Shown: positions 1-12,632 of the stretch, in pieces
Position numbering within the stretch: the first letter of the stretch is position 1
Layout of the letters: each line of letters starts with the position of its first letter
DNA from: Prorocentrum cordatum
Lineage: Eukaryota
Direction of reading: 5' to 3'
Assembly (NCBI GenBank): GCA_963575745.1
Contig: CAUYUJ010000108.1
Span: 1-64,000, forward strand
DNA: 64,000 nt
The notes under the pieces: model-generated
Database searches by the model: none
Seen by the model: only the letters and a program-made list of their open reading frames with translations
Told to the model about the DNA's origin: nothing
Made by a program: the position numbers and the translations under genes

Positions 1-950
1 GGGGAGGAGAATGTGGAGGAACGAGATGGGGGGAGACGGGCTCATGGGTGGAAGCGTTGGACTGGAATCGGCGAGGCATCGCCGACAAGCTGGCGATGGG
101 CCCCCGATGGCGAAGCCGGACGCTCCTGGGCAGGAACGGCGGGCCCAGGCCCCCATGGGCGATGAACGGACGGCGGCTGGGGGTCCCTGCTCCCCGCCCC
201 GTGCCAGTCCCCCCCTGGCGTTGCCACTGAGGGGAGGAGGGGAAGGAGGAGGAGGGGGAGGAGAATGATGATGATGCTGATGATGATGCTGCTGCTGATG
301 ATGATGATGATGAGGTATGTGAGGATGAGGAGGAGGAGAGGAGGAGATGAGTAGGAGGCAGGAAGGGTGGAGGGTCGATGAGGAGGAAGAAGAGGTGAAG
401 GACTACGGGGGACGATGGAGGAGCGTGAAGGCAGATGGGGAGGAGGAGGAGGAGGAGGAGGAGGAGGAGGAGGAGGAGAGGAGGTGGAGGAGGAGGAGGA
501 GGAGGAGGAGGAGGAGGAGGAGGCGGGGAGGTGGAGGAGGAGGGGGAGGGAGGAGGCGGACGGAGGAGGCAGGAGCAGGAGGAGGAGGAGGAGGAGGAGG
601 AGGAGGGGGAGGAGGAAGGAGGAGGAGGAGGAGGAGGAGGAGGGGGAGGAGAATGTGGAGGAACGAGATGGGGGGAGACGGGCTCATGGGTGGAAGCGTT
701 GGACTGGAATCGGCGAGGCATCGCCGACAAGCTGGCGATGGGCCCCCGATGGCGAAGCCGGACGCTCCTGGGCAGGAACGGCGGGCCCAGGCCCCCAGGG
801 GCGATGAACGGACGGCGGCTGGGGGTCCCTGCTCCCCGCCCCGTGCCAGTCCCCCCCTGGCGTTGCCACTGAGGGGAGGAGGGGAAGGAGGAGGAGGGGG
901 AGGAGAATGATGATGATGCTGATGATGATGCTGCTGCTGATGATGATGAT
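1..950. repeat. Near-identical direct duplication (~1-311 and ~643-950) within a (GGA)n field
   Basis: Offset is 642 bp. The unique core differs by one substitution that I could see (ccccatggg vs ccccagggg). Confidence 0.92.
684..767 (-). CDS. Candidate terminal exon H (noisy; duplicate copy at 42-125)
   Basis: CAG acceptor and TGA at 684-686. Mixed frames give ASGFAI..GxIAxLVGDA, resembling the expected last transmembrane helix. Needs indel correction. Confidence 0.4.
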   Translation of the reverse strand, partial: ERPASPSGAHRQLVGDASPIPVQRFHP

Positions 951-1216
951 GAGGATGAGGAGGGAGGAGGAGGGAGGAGGAGGATGAGGGGAGGAGGAGG
1001 AGGAGGACGAGAGGAGTGAGGAAGAGAGGGAAGGATAGGGGACGAGGAGGAGGTAAGGATAGGGGAGGAGGAAGGAGGAGGAGGAGGAGGAGGAGGAGGA
1101 GGAGGAGGAGGAGGAGGAGGAGGGGAGGAGGAGGAGGAGGATAGGGAGGAGGAGGAGGAGGAGGAGGAGGAGGAGGAGGAGGAGGAGGAGGAGGAGGAGG
1201 AGGAGGGGGGAGGAAG

Positions 1217-4200
1217 ATCGAAATCGGCCGAGAGCGGCCGGCTGCCCTGGCCGGCTGGCTGGCCAGCCGCGCGCAGCCGCTGCCTGGCCGCCTCCCTCCT
1301 CACCCGCCCTTGCCACCCGACCACCCCGCACTCTCCTCCCGCCCCTCTGGGGCCATGGAGGGCGACGTCGACGTGGCAGTCGTCGACGTTGCCCACGCCG
1401 CGGCGCTGGTGCCGGCGGCGCGCGGGCAGCGGCGGCATCGCCAGGGAAGCGAGGAGGCGGACATGCAGGTGGATGAGGAGGGGGCTGGTGGCGCGTGGGG
1501 GCGGCCGCGGGACTGGCCTGAGCTATTTCCGCCCCCACGTCGCGGAGCATGGCCATGTGCGCGACATGTCTCGGAGAAATCCTGGCCAGGACGCCTCGAG
1601 TACGCCGCGGTGGGCCTGGCGCACGGGTGCATCACATGGGGTGCGCAACCCACCTGGGCAGCCCGGTCGAGAGGCTAGCGGTCTGGGGCGCTCTTCGCCA
1701 GGAGAGGCAGCTCGAGGCGCAAGCCGCGCACACGGCTGCAAGAGGAGACGGAGGGGGAGGGGCTTGAGCTGGAGGTGGAGGGGCGGAACATGCCAGCGGG
1801 CTGGGAGGGGGAGCATCCGGTGCTGCCGCCGCGGACGCCACGCAGGTGCAGTATGGGGAGCTCTTGCGCATGGAATTCTGGGACACGATCTCCTGGGACT
1901 CCCTGCACGACCCCGTCTGTGCGCGTAGTGCTGTCGGCCGTCCGGTACGCCATCGCGGACCTCCGGAAGGCCCTGGCCGACGCGGCGCTCGGCGCTGGTG
2001 GAACACACCAGAGGAGGCGCGGCACCTGAAAGCATTCCTGTTCGTGGACCGGCTGCTCTTCGCGTCGTCGTCGAGGCGGCGGAGGGGCGGGAGGAGAGGT
2101 CAGCAAGGGGAGGCGCTGGCGCGGACTCTGGCCCAGCGCGTCAGGCTGGCGTGGGAAAGGGCCTGGAGCGTCCTCTGGCTGGAGTCTGAAGCCCCGGGTC
2201 GCGGACAGGGTGGACCCGCCAGGACGGAGGCGCAGCACCTGGCCATAGACGTGGCGAGCGTGGCCGAGGCGCTCGCTCAGGAGGACCTTCGGGAGGCGTT
2301 GCGGGTGGTGGACGGCAAGATCCCCCTGGCGCCGGACGCGAAAGCCAGGCGCTGCCTCTCGGCCTTGTTCCCGCAGGCCGCCTCGCAACCAGCGCTCCCA
2401 GTGGGCGTGCCCGGGGACGAGGACGCCGACCGCTTCCTGTACGAGCTGGGCCGGGCGTACCTCCACGCTCCTCGGAGCAGGGGCGCTGGCCCTGGCGGCG
2501 CCCGAGGCGAACACTGGTCGTGAATGCCGGGGCACGCCGGAGCGATGGAGAACTGCGCGCAAGTGTTCCTCCACCTGCAGCTGGGGCGAGCCGCAGGAGA
2601 AGCGCACAAGCCGTGGCTGTCCGCGCAGATCCTGGCCGGCGACCGGGAGGAGCCGAACAAGGTGCGGTCCCTGGCGTTGGGCAATTTCCACAGGAGGGCC
2701 GCCTCCAAAGCTGTGAGCCGCGTATTCCGCAGCAGAGTAGCGGCAGCGCTCGAAGTGACAGAGTATACTCTGTCGGGGACGCACGCGGGGCCGAGCGCAT
2801 GCACAAGGCTGCCTTGCTGGACCTCGACAGCCGTCTGGGCTGTTGCAAGCTTAGCCTTGACGTACGTAACGCCCACAACGAGTTCAGCCGAGAATCGGCT
2901 GCGAGAGCGGTCCGCGAGCTGGTTCCTGACATGCTCCCTTGGGTCCGCCTTAGCCTCTGCACAGACACCGCGCACGTGCGCGTGGCCAGAGACGGCACGA
3001 GAATCCGCCTACCCAAGGAGTGTGGTGGAGACCAGGGAGACGCCCTCACGAACCAGGTCTTCCCGCTCTGCTACAAGAGGGTGGCCGACGAAGTCGTGAG
3101 AGCGGCGCGCGTGGAGGCGGAGCCGGGCCGGTGCTACTGCTACAAGGACGACCTGGACGTGATCTGCGCCACCGCCGCCGTGCAGCCCGCCGAGGAGGCG
3201 TTTGCGCGGGCCTGTGTTGCGGCGGGGTTGCGCGGCAACCCGGCGAGGACCAAGCTCAGCCCGGGGCGGGAGGTGGACGTTGCCGCGCTCTCTGGCAGGC
3301 GGGAGGTGGAGCCTCGGGCGCTGGTGCTCTGGCATGGAGGGCCCTCCGCGGCGGGCGTGCCTGCTGCCCCCGCGGCCGCCCTGGCCGAAGGCAGCCTGCT
3401 CCCCGAGGGCGGCCCCGAGGTGGCGGCCTTGGCGCAGAACCGCGCCCGCTTCTTCCTGCGGCTGCGCCAGCTGCAGGCCGCTGGCCTAGACCGACATACT
3501 GCGACGGGGCTGCTGCGGCACAAAACGGCCTCGGACTTCACGTTGTTCCTGGTCCGCACGTGCGGCCTCACTGCGGCCGACGCCAGGGCGCTGGACGCGG
3601 CGCTGGCCGCGGAGGCGCAGCGCGCCCTGCCGCACGCGCAGCAGCTGGGCGGACACGCCCGCAAGCAGTTCTTCCTGAGCGGACGAGACGGAGGCTTGGG
3701 GCTACAGAGCGCAGAGCTGATGGCGCCGGCGGCGCACGCCGCCTCCTGGCACCTCTGCTTGCCGCACTGCCTGCGCCGGCTGGGCCTCACGGGCGCGAGC
3801 GCCCTGGCCGCCCTGAGCCCCTGGGCGATCCGCTGCCTCCCGGCAGCCACAGCCACACTACAGACAGCGCTGGAGGACGCGACCGCCCAGGTGGGCGACG
3901 AGGCCCTGGCAGCAACGAGCACTCCCCGGCTTCGGCCCCACTTGCTGCGGCTGCCCGCCCGCCTGGTCGCCGGCTTGGCGGCGGGCGAGGGCCCGGGCGC
4001 GGCTGCGGCCTTGCGCTCGGCTGGCGGCACTGAGGCGAGCGGCTGGCTGCATGCAGGCGCCCACGCGAGCTTGCCATTGCCTCACCGACGCGCATTTCGG
4101 CACCGCGACAGGGGTCCGGCTGAACCTCGACCTGCCGTTCTGCGCTGGGCTCTGCAAACACCAGCGCCCGGACGGCAGCGTCTGCGGCGCGCCGTTGGGC

Positions 4201-5298
4201 CCGAAGGGCCGCCGCGCTCGGGGCTGCCCAGTCGGCGGGTGGCTCGTGCGCCGGCACGACGCGGGCTGCGCGGCGCTGGCAGAATGGCGCGAAGAACAGG
4301 ACTGCACTGTGCACCGCGAGGCCGTACTGCCCCACGCCTCGCCGCAGAGCCCCGAGGCGCGAATGGATCTGGTGGTCCATGCGCCAGCCGTCCCAGCGCC
4401 ACTCCTGATTGACCTCACGGTCGTGAGCGCAACCTCGCAAGACGCCCTGGCGAACGGGGCTGCGAGGCGGGACGGAGCGGCTGCCGCCGCCGCAGAGCGC
4501 CGGGAGCGAGCTGGCTACCCCGGCGTGCCGGTGATCCCGTTCGTCGTTGAAGACCACGGGAGATTCGGCGAGGAAGCGGCCGCCCTCGTGCGGCAGCTCG
4601 CGCCCGCGGGAAGCGCGGCGCGTTCTGCTGCCATCCAGCAGCTCTACCGCGGTGAGCCTGGTGGGGAGCGTGCTGCAGCGGCACGCTGCGGATGCGGTCC
4701 TCTCGGCCGCGCAGGCGCGGCTGTGGCGGGCCGCCGCCGCGCTCGCGCCGGCGCAGCACGGGGCCGCCGCGCCGCCGCCCGAAGGGCCTGGAGCGCCGCA
4801 GCTGGGCGCAGCCCCAGGCTAAGGCCGCGCGCGCGCCGCCGCCAAGCGCCAGCCACTGGGGCAGGGCCGCGGGCGGGCGCCGCGCTGGGCCGCTGGGGCA
4901 GGGAGGGCGCGGAGCTGGCGAGGGCGCAGGCTGGCGTCGCGCCGCGGCCGTGGGCGGCGAGGCTGGCGGCGCGGGCGGCGCGGCGCTGCCGGGCAGGCGA
5001 ACGCCGCGGGGCCGGGCGCGCGCCAGGCGGGGCCGCGGACGGCTTCTGCGCCGAGGCGGCGCGCTGGAGACTGGAAGGCGCCTGGCGGTGGGACCGCAGG
5101 ACGCGGCGCTCCACGCCATCGTCGCGATCTCCGCGGCGGTCCCGCGTATCGGAATTCATAGGCTCCGTCGGGCGCACCCCCTCGGCTCCAGGACCAGTCG
5201 CCGCTGAGCGGTGCGCTGGTTCTGGGGTGGGGGGGCTGCGTCCGCTCCCGATCAAAATTGTCGGGCGCGCGGACAGACGCGCTCGCCGCTCGGGAGAC
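1217..5298 (+). mobile_element. Decayed CRE-like non-LTR retrotransposon (RT + CCHC + restriction-like endonuclease)
   Basis: GAGPGGARGEH, KVRSLALG, SLDVRNAHN, GGDQGDAL, YKDD, GRDGGLG and ASGWL, then degenerate C..CGAPL..KG.RA.GC, RRHD, RMDL, IDLTV and PFVVEDHGRFG. In-frame TGA at 2521 and frameshifts near 2790, 4050 and 4650. Ends are approximate and lie in (GGA)n. Confidence 0.88.
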
Positions 5299-5308
5299 GA
5301 GGAGGGGA

Positions 5309-5365
<57 letters not shown>

Positions 5366-5661
5366 AGGAGGAGGAGGAGGCCAGACTCGACCCAGAAGGG
5401 TCCTGCAAACGAATTCAACCCTCGGGACCACCCAAGCCTCCCAGACTCAGCCCCCGCCTGGCACGGCAGGCACGGCCGCGCCAGGGGCAACGCTTGAGAG
5501 GTCGAGGGGGTCCTCGGGGCCCAACAGACCGCGGGCCCTGCGGGCCTGGGCCTTTGCCCTGGCCTCCAGGACTCTGGACCCAAGACTCAGGGCCTCAGCC
5601 AGCTGAAGCCCGAAAGACGACAAGACTGCCAGGACGCTGGGCCTCTTAGGGCTAGCAGCCG

Positions 5662-7158
5662 TCAGGCCGCCCGTTTGGGCCACCACGGGAGGCTCGGGGG
5701 GAAAATGCCCAGACCAAAGACTGAAGGCGACCGCAAGCTCCCAAGAAGCCTGTTCCTTTTGGGGTGCTTCAGGTGCTTCAACGCGGAATTATTATTCTTA
5801 GCGCTAGGGATCGGGCCTCCAGGACACTTATCCTGGAGTCCACGCCCCCGCTTGTCAGAAACATACCCACGGCGCGTTGTGCAAAAGAGAAAGCAGCCGC
5901 AGGACCGCAAGGCTGCGCGCGCCTTTTCATCCACGAAAATGGGCGCCGCGAGCAGGGCGTGCCCGCCGATGCGCCAGGGATGAAGTCCCTCGGGCACAGC
6001 GTCAGGCCCCGACGCCGTGCTCCCCACAGCTGCACAGGCACTGGCCGCGGTCTCACCTTCGTCACCCTCAGCCTCATCTTCGAGCTCATCAGGCCACTGT
6101 GGCCACTCACCAAGGTCGATCAGCCTCAATGCCACCACGCCCATTGAGTCGAGCATGTTGGTGCGCGACAGCTGGACCTCGTGCGCGGCGGCGAAGCGCG
6201 CCGCTTGGCGAGCCAAGGCCTGGCAGCCCTCGACCACTAGGACGTCATCGAGGTTCACCCTGGTTGACGCCGCGCCCTGCTTGGCTCGCATGTCAGCGCG
6301 AGCATTGCCGTCCAGCTCGAACTGCGAGACGAGGCCATCTGCGACCGCCTTGGGGCCCAGGTGGGCCTTGATCTTGACCACCGTCACGTCTTGCAGCTGC
6401 TCTGCCTGGCCAGCGCACAGATGCGCACGCTGGCCACTGGCGGCAGCCGCCGCAGTAGGGTTGGCCGCGCAGCGCACCGTGGCCATGCAGTCGATGTAAA
6501 GCCTGTAGCTGCCTCCTGCCACCTGCGACGTGAGGATCTTGACGGCGTTGTCCTCACCGTCCCTGGCCAGCTGCTCAGGGGCTACCGCAATCGGAACCGC
6601 TCCCCACGCCTCTGCCACCAGCCTGTAGGCCTCGTCATAGACCACCACGGCCCATCCCGCGGTGCGCAGGCGCGGGTAGGCCTGGTCGAGGCCCGAGCCA
6701 TCCACAAAAACATGGTGTCCGTGGAGGTGCGGTCCCAGGGTGTACCAGCTCGTCGAACTCTCGAAGTAGTCCGTTGCTGGCCGAACTGGCCTGTCCATCA
6801 GCTCCGAGACGTCGGGGAAGAGGACCCTGGCGAACAGGTCGGTGAAGGGGTAGCCCAAGCCCTCCACTCGGTCAGCAGCTCCACGCAGCGGCTCCTTCAA
6901 ATAGTCACGCCTCCAGGCCTCGTGCGCCTCGCAGCGGAACCTCCTGTGGAATAGCGAGCCGTCCTTGAAACCACAGAGCTGGCAGTTGGACGGCACCGCT
7001 CGCGAGCTGTCTGCCGACTCGACCCTGGCCTGGCACCAGTAAGTGTTCTGGATGGGGCTGCGCAGCGCTCGTTGGTGGTGCCGGTCCCAAACCTCGGTCC
7101 GATGACTGGTAAGATCAAGGACCGGTTGCCAGAAGGGTGGTGTGCTCCAGCCCCACAC
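5662..7158 (-). pseudogene. LINE ORF2 C-terminus: CCHC zinc motif + RNase H
   Basis: CQLCGFKDGSLFHRRFRC, followed by RNase H motifs VFVDGS, AGWAVV, DGEDNA, LYIDC, KIKAH and GNARADMRAK. Confidence 0.88.
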
Positions 7159-8800
7159 TGGGGCCCTGCCTGGCTACCTCCTCCAGCCCGATGGCGACGC
7201 GGCAATGCTGCTCCACCAGGCTGCCAAAAAAGGCAGGAGAGTGCCTCCTGACGTCGTAGGCGGTTCCCGTGCTGTCGTGGATCAGGTAGGGGCCGCCTTG
7301 CACGAAGCCCCAACCGACGCGCTCCAAGGTGAGGACCAGAGCGCAGATGGGGTCCTTGACCTGCCGCCAAAGCTGCCGTTGCTGGGCGAGCTCCAAGCCC
7401 CTAGCCAGGCAGGAGCGGGCTGCCGCCTCGGGCAGCAGCGAAGCCCAGATCACCTCGACGTAGTCCATGAGCGCGGTCCTGGTGACGATGGTCAGCGGGT
7501 CCCGCTTCCAGCCATTGGTCTGGGCCAGGCTGGCCAACCCCAAGGCGGCCCCTCGGGGCAGGCGCCCTCGCGCCTTGACCGCACCGACTCGCAGCTGCCG
7601 CAGCCTGCCATTCGGGGCGCCCATGATGGCCGCGCCCCAGGTGGCCTTGGCTGTGGGGCCTGCTCGGTAGACCCTTGCGCGGCCCTGGCCAGGGCGGAAG
7701 AGGCTGGTGAGCTTCCTGCCCTGAGCTCGAGCCTGCTGCTCTCTTGTTGCCGCAGTGGTGACGCGGCGGTGCGACCCTGAGATCGCATCTCCGCCGAAGT
7801 CCCTGTGCATGTCCACGAAGTCGTCGGGTCCGAGGTCCCAGCCAGGCTGCCGCATCAGCGCCTGGCGCAACTCCTTGCTTGTAGCCAGCGCCTTGGTCTT
7901 ATGCCTGCTCAGCGGTAGGTTGGCCTCTCGCACCTTGTCGCAAAAGGCCTTGTAGGTGGCTCCCAGCTGCTGGGCTACTATCGAGCGGGGCCCTGTGACG
8001 TGGGCAGACACGTCGTCCACCACGTTGGGCAGCCTGGCGATGGGCGCCGTTGTCGCCGCGGCCCGAAGGGCCGAAAGCAGGAGCAGCTTCGCCAGCGCCG
8101 TGGCGCAGGAGCAGCCAGCCACCACCGTGCCGTTGGGCGCCACGGCCTCGCTGAGGCAGGAGCCTATGCGCGCCCGACGCGGCGCCAGGTAGGTGACGCA
8201 GAGGGCCCTGAGGAACCCCAGGTCGAAGCCCCAGGCCCGCGCCGCCACCTTGAGCTCGGCGTGACCGATATGCTCGTAGTACTTCTGCAAGTCCATGTAG
8301 ATGGATGCGGCCTCCTCCTGCACGTGCTTGGCATGGGCCACGAACGCGTTGTGGAGCCAGGCCGCCTTGTCACATCCTCTCGAGGCCGAGGTCCCCCAAA
8401 ATGGGGTTTGCTCCAGCGACCTCTCCCATTTGGCTGTGTAGCCCTGGCGTACTCTTGACCAAATCCTGGCAAGCAGCGGCATGAGGCCAATGGGCCGCTG
8501 CCCTCCATCTGGCCTCGGCAAGAAGACCATGATCACGGTCCACGTCTCGCCGCAGTATGGTGCACGCTCCCAGGAGTTGAGCAGACTGGCGAGTCTGGCC
8601 AGGATGTCCTCTCCCACCTCCAGCAGCAAGCGCGGGTGGAAATTGTCCCAGCCAAGGCCCGTGTTCCTGGGGAACTTGCGCGCCACGAGCTTGATGTCGT
8701 CAACTGTGATCGGCGGCAGCACCCACTCGCCGACGGCCCATAGGCCTGGGTGCTCCTGGTCGCTCCGACTGGGGTCTGACCAGAAGGGGGCCAGTCGGCA
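7150..8800 (-). pseudogene. LINE ORF2 reverse transcriptase domain
   Basis: GLGWDNFHP, VFLPRPDGGQRPIGL, YMDLQKYYEHI, GTVVAGCSCATALAK, catalytic VVDD and LPLSRHKTK. Joined to the neighbouring domains only through frameshifts. Confidence 0.92.
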
Positions 8801-9540
8801 AGCACCCTCTCCAGAGCAGGCTGGCCCACCAGAGCGTGGTCCACCGTGCCTGCCTCGAGGACGGGGCTGGGCTTTCCATGGGTCTTCTTGATAACCTTGT
8901 GGGCCAGCGAACCTTGACGTTCGAAGGCTTGCTCCGAGAAGTCGTCCCACTTAAGTCTGCTGGCCTTGGCATCCTCCTTGGTGTGCTTGGCCACCACCTG
9001 CTCCATCACCAGTAGGAACTTGTAGCCTAACTCAGACTGGAGGCCCATCTCGTCCCAGAAATTTGAGAAGACCGTGCCATCGAACATCTTGATGGACTGC
9101 TCCGGAAACTTGACTTTCAAGCGACTGGCTGCCTCGAAAAGCTGCTGCGCTCTCCTGGCCCTGTAGCCGCCAGGTAGGTCGTTAACCGATAGGTCCCAAG
9201 TCCCACCTTCTCTTGGAAAGGTGGCGCAGCGAAAGCCAGAGGTAGGTGACCGCTGATGCCTTTTCAAACCGGTTCTCCTGCACCTTGGCCTCCAGAGGAA
9301 CCGAAACCGTCCTGGGGCCCTTGGACCTGCCCTTGTAGTACTTTGCCTCGCTGCTGGGCATCCCGTGCAAAGTCTGCAGTGCCTCCTCGGCTTGATCAAA
9401 CCAGCCCTTGACTACTCCCTCCAAGCCTGGGCCAGGCGGTGGCCAGGGGAGGGTGGCCACTAGCAGGTCGCGCTTGGTCCTGGCCCCCTCGTCGGCCTCG
9501 AACTCCAGATCGAAGCCTTACGGCGCGCGCTGCGTCTGAA

Positions 9541-10270
9541 TCATGGGCCGCTTCCAGCATCCCCTAGCACGAGCGACACGACCTGGTGCGGTCCGCTGGG
9601 GGTGTCCGTGTGGCACTTGATGGAGTCCACCAGGTCCTCCAGCGCCCTCGAGATGACGAAATAGTCGTACTCGTTATCTTTGCATGTGGCTAACCCAGGG
9701 GCCAGGACCGCTCCTCCCATGAGCTCAGGCCAACCTGAGGTTGCCAGTTCGCTGGCCTCGGTGCTCCAATCGCCTTCGATGATGAAGGGCTCGTCCAGGT
9801 GCGCGCACCACTCGTGGATGTCGTTCAGCAGCTGCCTGTTGGGCCCCTGGAGCCCTATCGTGTCCTCGAGGTACACCGAGATCATGGCAATCCTTGTGCC
9901 CTCGCCCACGGAGACTCGACGAGCTAAGAAACGAGGTGGGGCCCCATCCCAGTGCTGGAGGTATCTCGCCGAGCCCAGCAGCGTCGAGGAGACAATGGCA
10001 ACTCCTGACGAGACTGCCGTGGCGGCCTCTCCAGTCCCCAGGACCCCTGAGGCAGCTAGTTGATGGCCTCCTCTGCTTGCCCAACCATGGGCCTGCTCCA
10101 CCGCCGCCTGCGAGGTGAAGCGCGTCTCCTGGATGAGCATCACGTGCGGTACCATGCCATTCTTCATCATCCAACCGTGGACACTGGAGGCCGTGTTGCA
10201 CGTGTTGCCGTTGTAGGTGCACACTATAAGCTTGCCCTCGAGCTGTCCATGCGCCAGCACCAGAGCGCCC
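9541..10270 (-). pseudogene. LINE ORF2 apurinic-like (APE/EEP) endonuclease domain
   Basis: Motifs IVCTYNGN, VMLIQETR, SSGVAIV, ISVYL, PFIIEGDWS (GDxN variant), YDYFVIS and GPHQVV. Frame is lost near 9560. Confidence 0.88.
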
Positions 10271-10339
10271 TGGTCGGGAATCAGGCGGTTCAGCTGCAGC
10301 ACCCTCCGTCCGCCACTCCCAGTTGCCAACGTGGGACTC

Positions 10340-11200
10340 CGTGTACCTCCGTGTCGTTCATGTGGCAGAGCCTCGCCTGGCTGGCCAGAGCCGTGGCCAT
10401 TGCTTCCTCCCGCTGCCGCGGGCGTCGACCACCCCCCCGTCGGGGGCCGTGGCAGAGGGGCACCTGGAGGGGGAGGCAACTGTCCGCGCGTCCGCGGCTC
10501 CCTGACTCCAGTTTGAAGCGTGCCAGGTCGACCGTTGCTGGCCAAGGCCGTGCCGTGGCCCGAAAGCTTCAGCTCCACGGTCGGCGAGTCCGAAGACGCA
10601 ACCAGCCCTGTCCTCGCAGAGGCCGAACCCGAGGTCGCCCTCCAGGAGCTCCAGGTAACTCTATGTCGCTCATGTGGCGGGGCCTCCCCCCTCTGGGCAT
10701 CGCCGTGGTCGGCGCCACCTCCCACTGCCGCGGGCATCGACCGCCCCCCCGTCGGGGGCCGCGGCAGCGGGGCACCTGGAGGGGGGGGCTGCAGTCCGCG
10801 CGTCCACGGCTCCCTCACCCCAGTTTGTAGCGGACCAGGCCGCCCGTTGCTGGGAGAGGCCGAGCCCCTCACCGAAGACGCCGTCCGATCGGTCGCCGAG
10901 CCCGACGATGTCATCCATCCCGAAGTGCCAGGGGTCGTCCCAGAAGTCGCCCTCCTAGAACTCCAGGTGCCTCTGTGTCGCTCATGTGGCGGGGCCCCTC
11001 CCGCCTGGTCGGTGCCATGGTCTACGCTTCCTCCCACTGCCGCGGGCAACGACCACCCCCCCGTCGGGGGCCGTGACAGCGGGGCACCTGGAGGGGGGGC
11101 TGCGATCCGCGCGTCCGCGGCTCCCATACTCCAGTTTAAAGCGGTCCAGGCCGGCCGTTGCTGGGAGGGGCCGTGCCCGACGCCGAACTCGCCGTCCAAA
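10340..11200 (-). repeat. ~2.7 tandem copies of a 312-bp (104-codon) unit between ORF1 and the APE domain
   Basis: Anchor gtcg(c/t)tcatgtggc recurs at ~10353, 10665 and 10977. The peptide PPPGAPLxRPPTGG...HERH recurs three times in frame. Confidence 0.9.
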
Positions 11201-11316
11201 AGGTCACCCACCGAGAAGGCGTGGCCGAAATGGTTGGACGCGAGGGCGCGGGGGTGTGACGGCAGGGGGCTGAATCCCCTTTCCCCGGGCCCAACTGAGC
11301 CTCAGGGCCCACGCGG

Positions 11317-12471
11317 CTACCCGCGGGGCTTAGCGCCATCAGCAGCAGGAGCAGGCCCTGGAGAAGCCTGGCCGCAGGCCTTCGGCTCGGCACGCTGGCG
11401 GGCGAGCTCAGATGCCGAGGCGCCGAGCTTCGCCGCGTTGCGGCGGATCTGCTCCGCCGCGGCATCGCATGCTGCGGGTGCCGCTGCAGCCGCTGGTTCC
11501 CGCTGTTCCCCTGCGGGGCCCCCGCCAGCTGGCGGGGTCGCGGGGGCCGCTGGCGGCTCGGATGCGGCCGCAGAGGTGGCTTGGCCCTCCTCAGAGGTGT
11601 CGTCGCCGAGCTTGCGCTTCTCCTTGATCGCCTCCTCGGCCTCCTGCTTGATGCGCCGCAGTTGCTCGTGGCACTGCTTTTCGAAGTTCTGCTGAGCCAC
11701 CCGCATGATGTCGTGGCCTTCCGCGCAGAGGCGCCTGAGGTTCGCCCGCGCCTCCTCCTCCAACTCGCCGAAGTTCTCGAGGGACTCGTCTTCGAAGTTG
11801 AAGGTGAGCTGCTTGTGAACCTCCAGGACGGGCGCTCCGACTCCCGACGCTTGCGCCCGTCGGCGAAGGAGCTGGGCCTCCTCTGCCTGCGCTTCGGCGA
11901 GGTGGAGCGCACATGTGTCGCGCCAGTCGCGGCAGTCGACCAGCTGCGCCTCCGCCGCAGCCATGGCGTCGGCGGCTTCATCGAGCTGGCGCTGGAAATT
12001 GACACGGCGGTCCGTGGCCGACTGCAGCTGCTGCTCCAGGGTCCTCTCCGTAGCCGCTGGCGAGGGCGGCTTGTAGCCCCTCGCAGCCTCCACCGCCTCA
12101 CGGAGCCGCGCGGTGATGTCGGGGTCGGGAATGGCCAGCAGCTGGTCGAGCTCCGTCTGCGACGCAGTCGACCAGGGCGCGTGAGGGAAGCTGGTGCGAG
12201 CCCCGTGTCCTGAGGTCGCTCCCCCTTTGCCGCCTCCAGGCTCCGCGCCGTTGCCGCCCTTGCCCTTTTTGCCTCCCTTCGGCTGGGCCTTGCCACCGCT
12301 CCCTTTCTGCTCTCCGCCATCTGCCCAGACACCGTGACGCGGAGACAGCTTGGCAGGTGGGAGCTCCAGGCATTGGCCGCACTGCCAACAGGTCGGATTC
12401 TTGCGGAAGTTCCATCTGTAGCGGCAGCCCGTGCAGATGACAAAGCCAGGCTGGGCCTTCTTCGGCGCCAT
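11317..12471 (-). CDS. LINE ORF1 protein (384 aa): N-terminal C-x2-C-x11-C-x2-C zinc finger (RanBP2-like) plus long coiled-coil region
   Basis: MAPKKAQPGFVICTGCRYRWNFRKNPTCWQCG, a G/K-rich linker, then E/Q/A/R-rich helical segments (LEQQLQSATDRRVNFQRQLDEAADAMAAAEAQL). Frame is uninterrupted and lies upstream of the APE domain. Confidence 0.8.
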   Translation of the reverse strand: MAPKKAQPGFVICTGCRYRWNFRKNPTCWQCGQCLELPPAKLSPRHGVWADGGEQKGSGGKAQPKGGKKGKGGNGAEPGGGKGGATSGHGARTSFPHAPWSTASQTELDQLLAIPDPDITARLREAVEAARGYKPPSPAATERTLEQQLQSATDRRVNFQRQLDEAADAMAAAEAQLVDCRDWRDTCALHLAEAQAEEAQLLRRRAQASGVGAPVLEVHKQLTFNFEDESLENFGELEEEARANLRRLCAEGHDIMRVAQQNFEKQCHEQLRRIKQEAEEAIKEKRKLGDDTSEEGQATSAAASEPPAAPATPPAGGGPAGEQREPAAAAAPAACDAAAEQIRRNAAKLGASASELARQRAEPKACGQASPGPAPAADGAKPRG

Positions 12472-12632
12472 TGCGAGCACGAGGGTACCCAAGCCTGCAC
12501 AGTCGCGGGGCGGCGACAGGCAGCAGTCGGCGGGGGCGGACCCGTCGACTGGAACAAAACTGTCGGGCTGAGGAGCCCTGGCACTGGCCGCGGACTAGCG
12601 GTATCCACGTGTTCCCCTGTGGAACAAACCAT

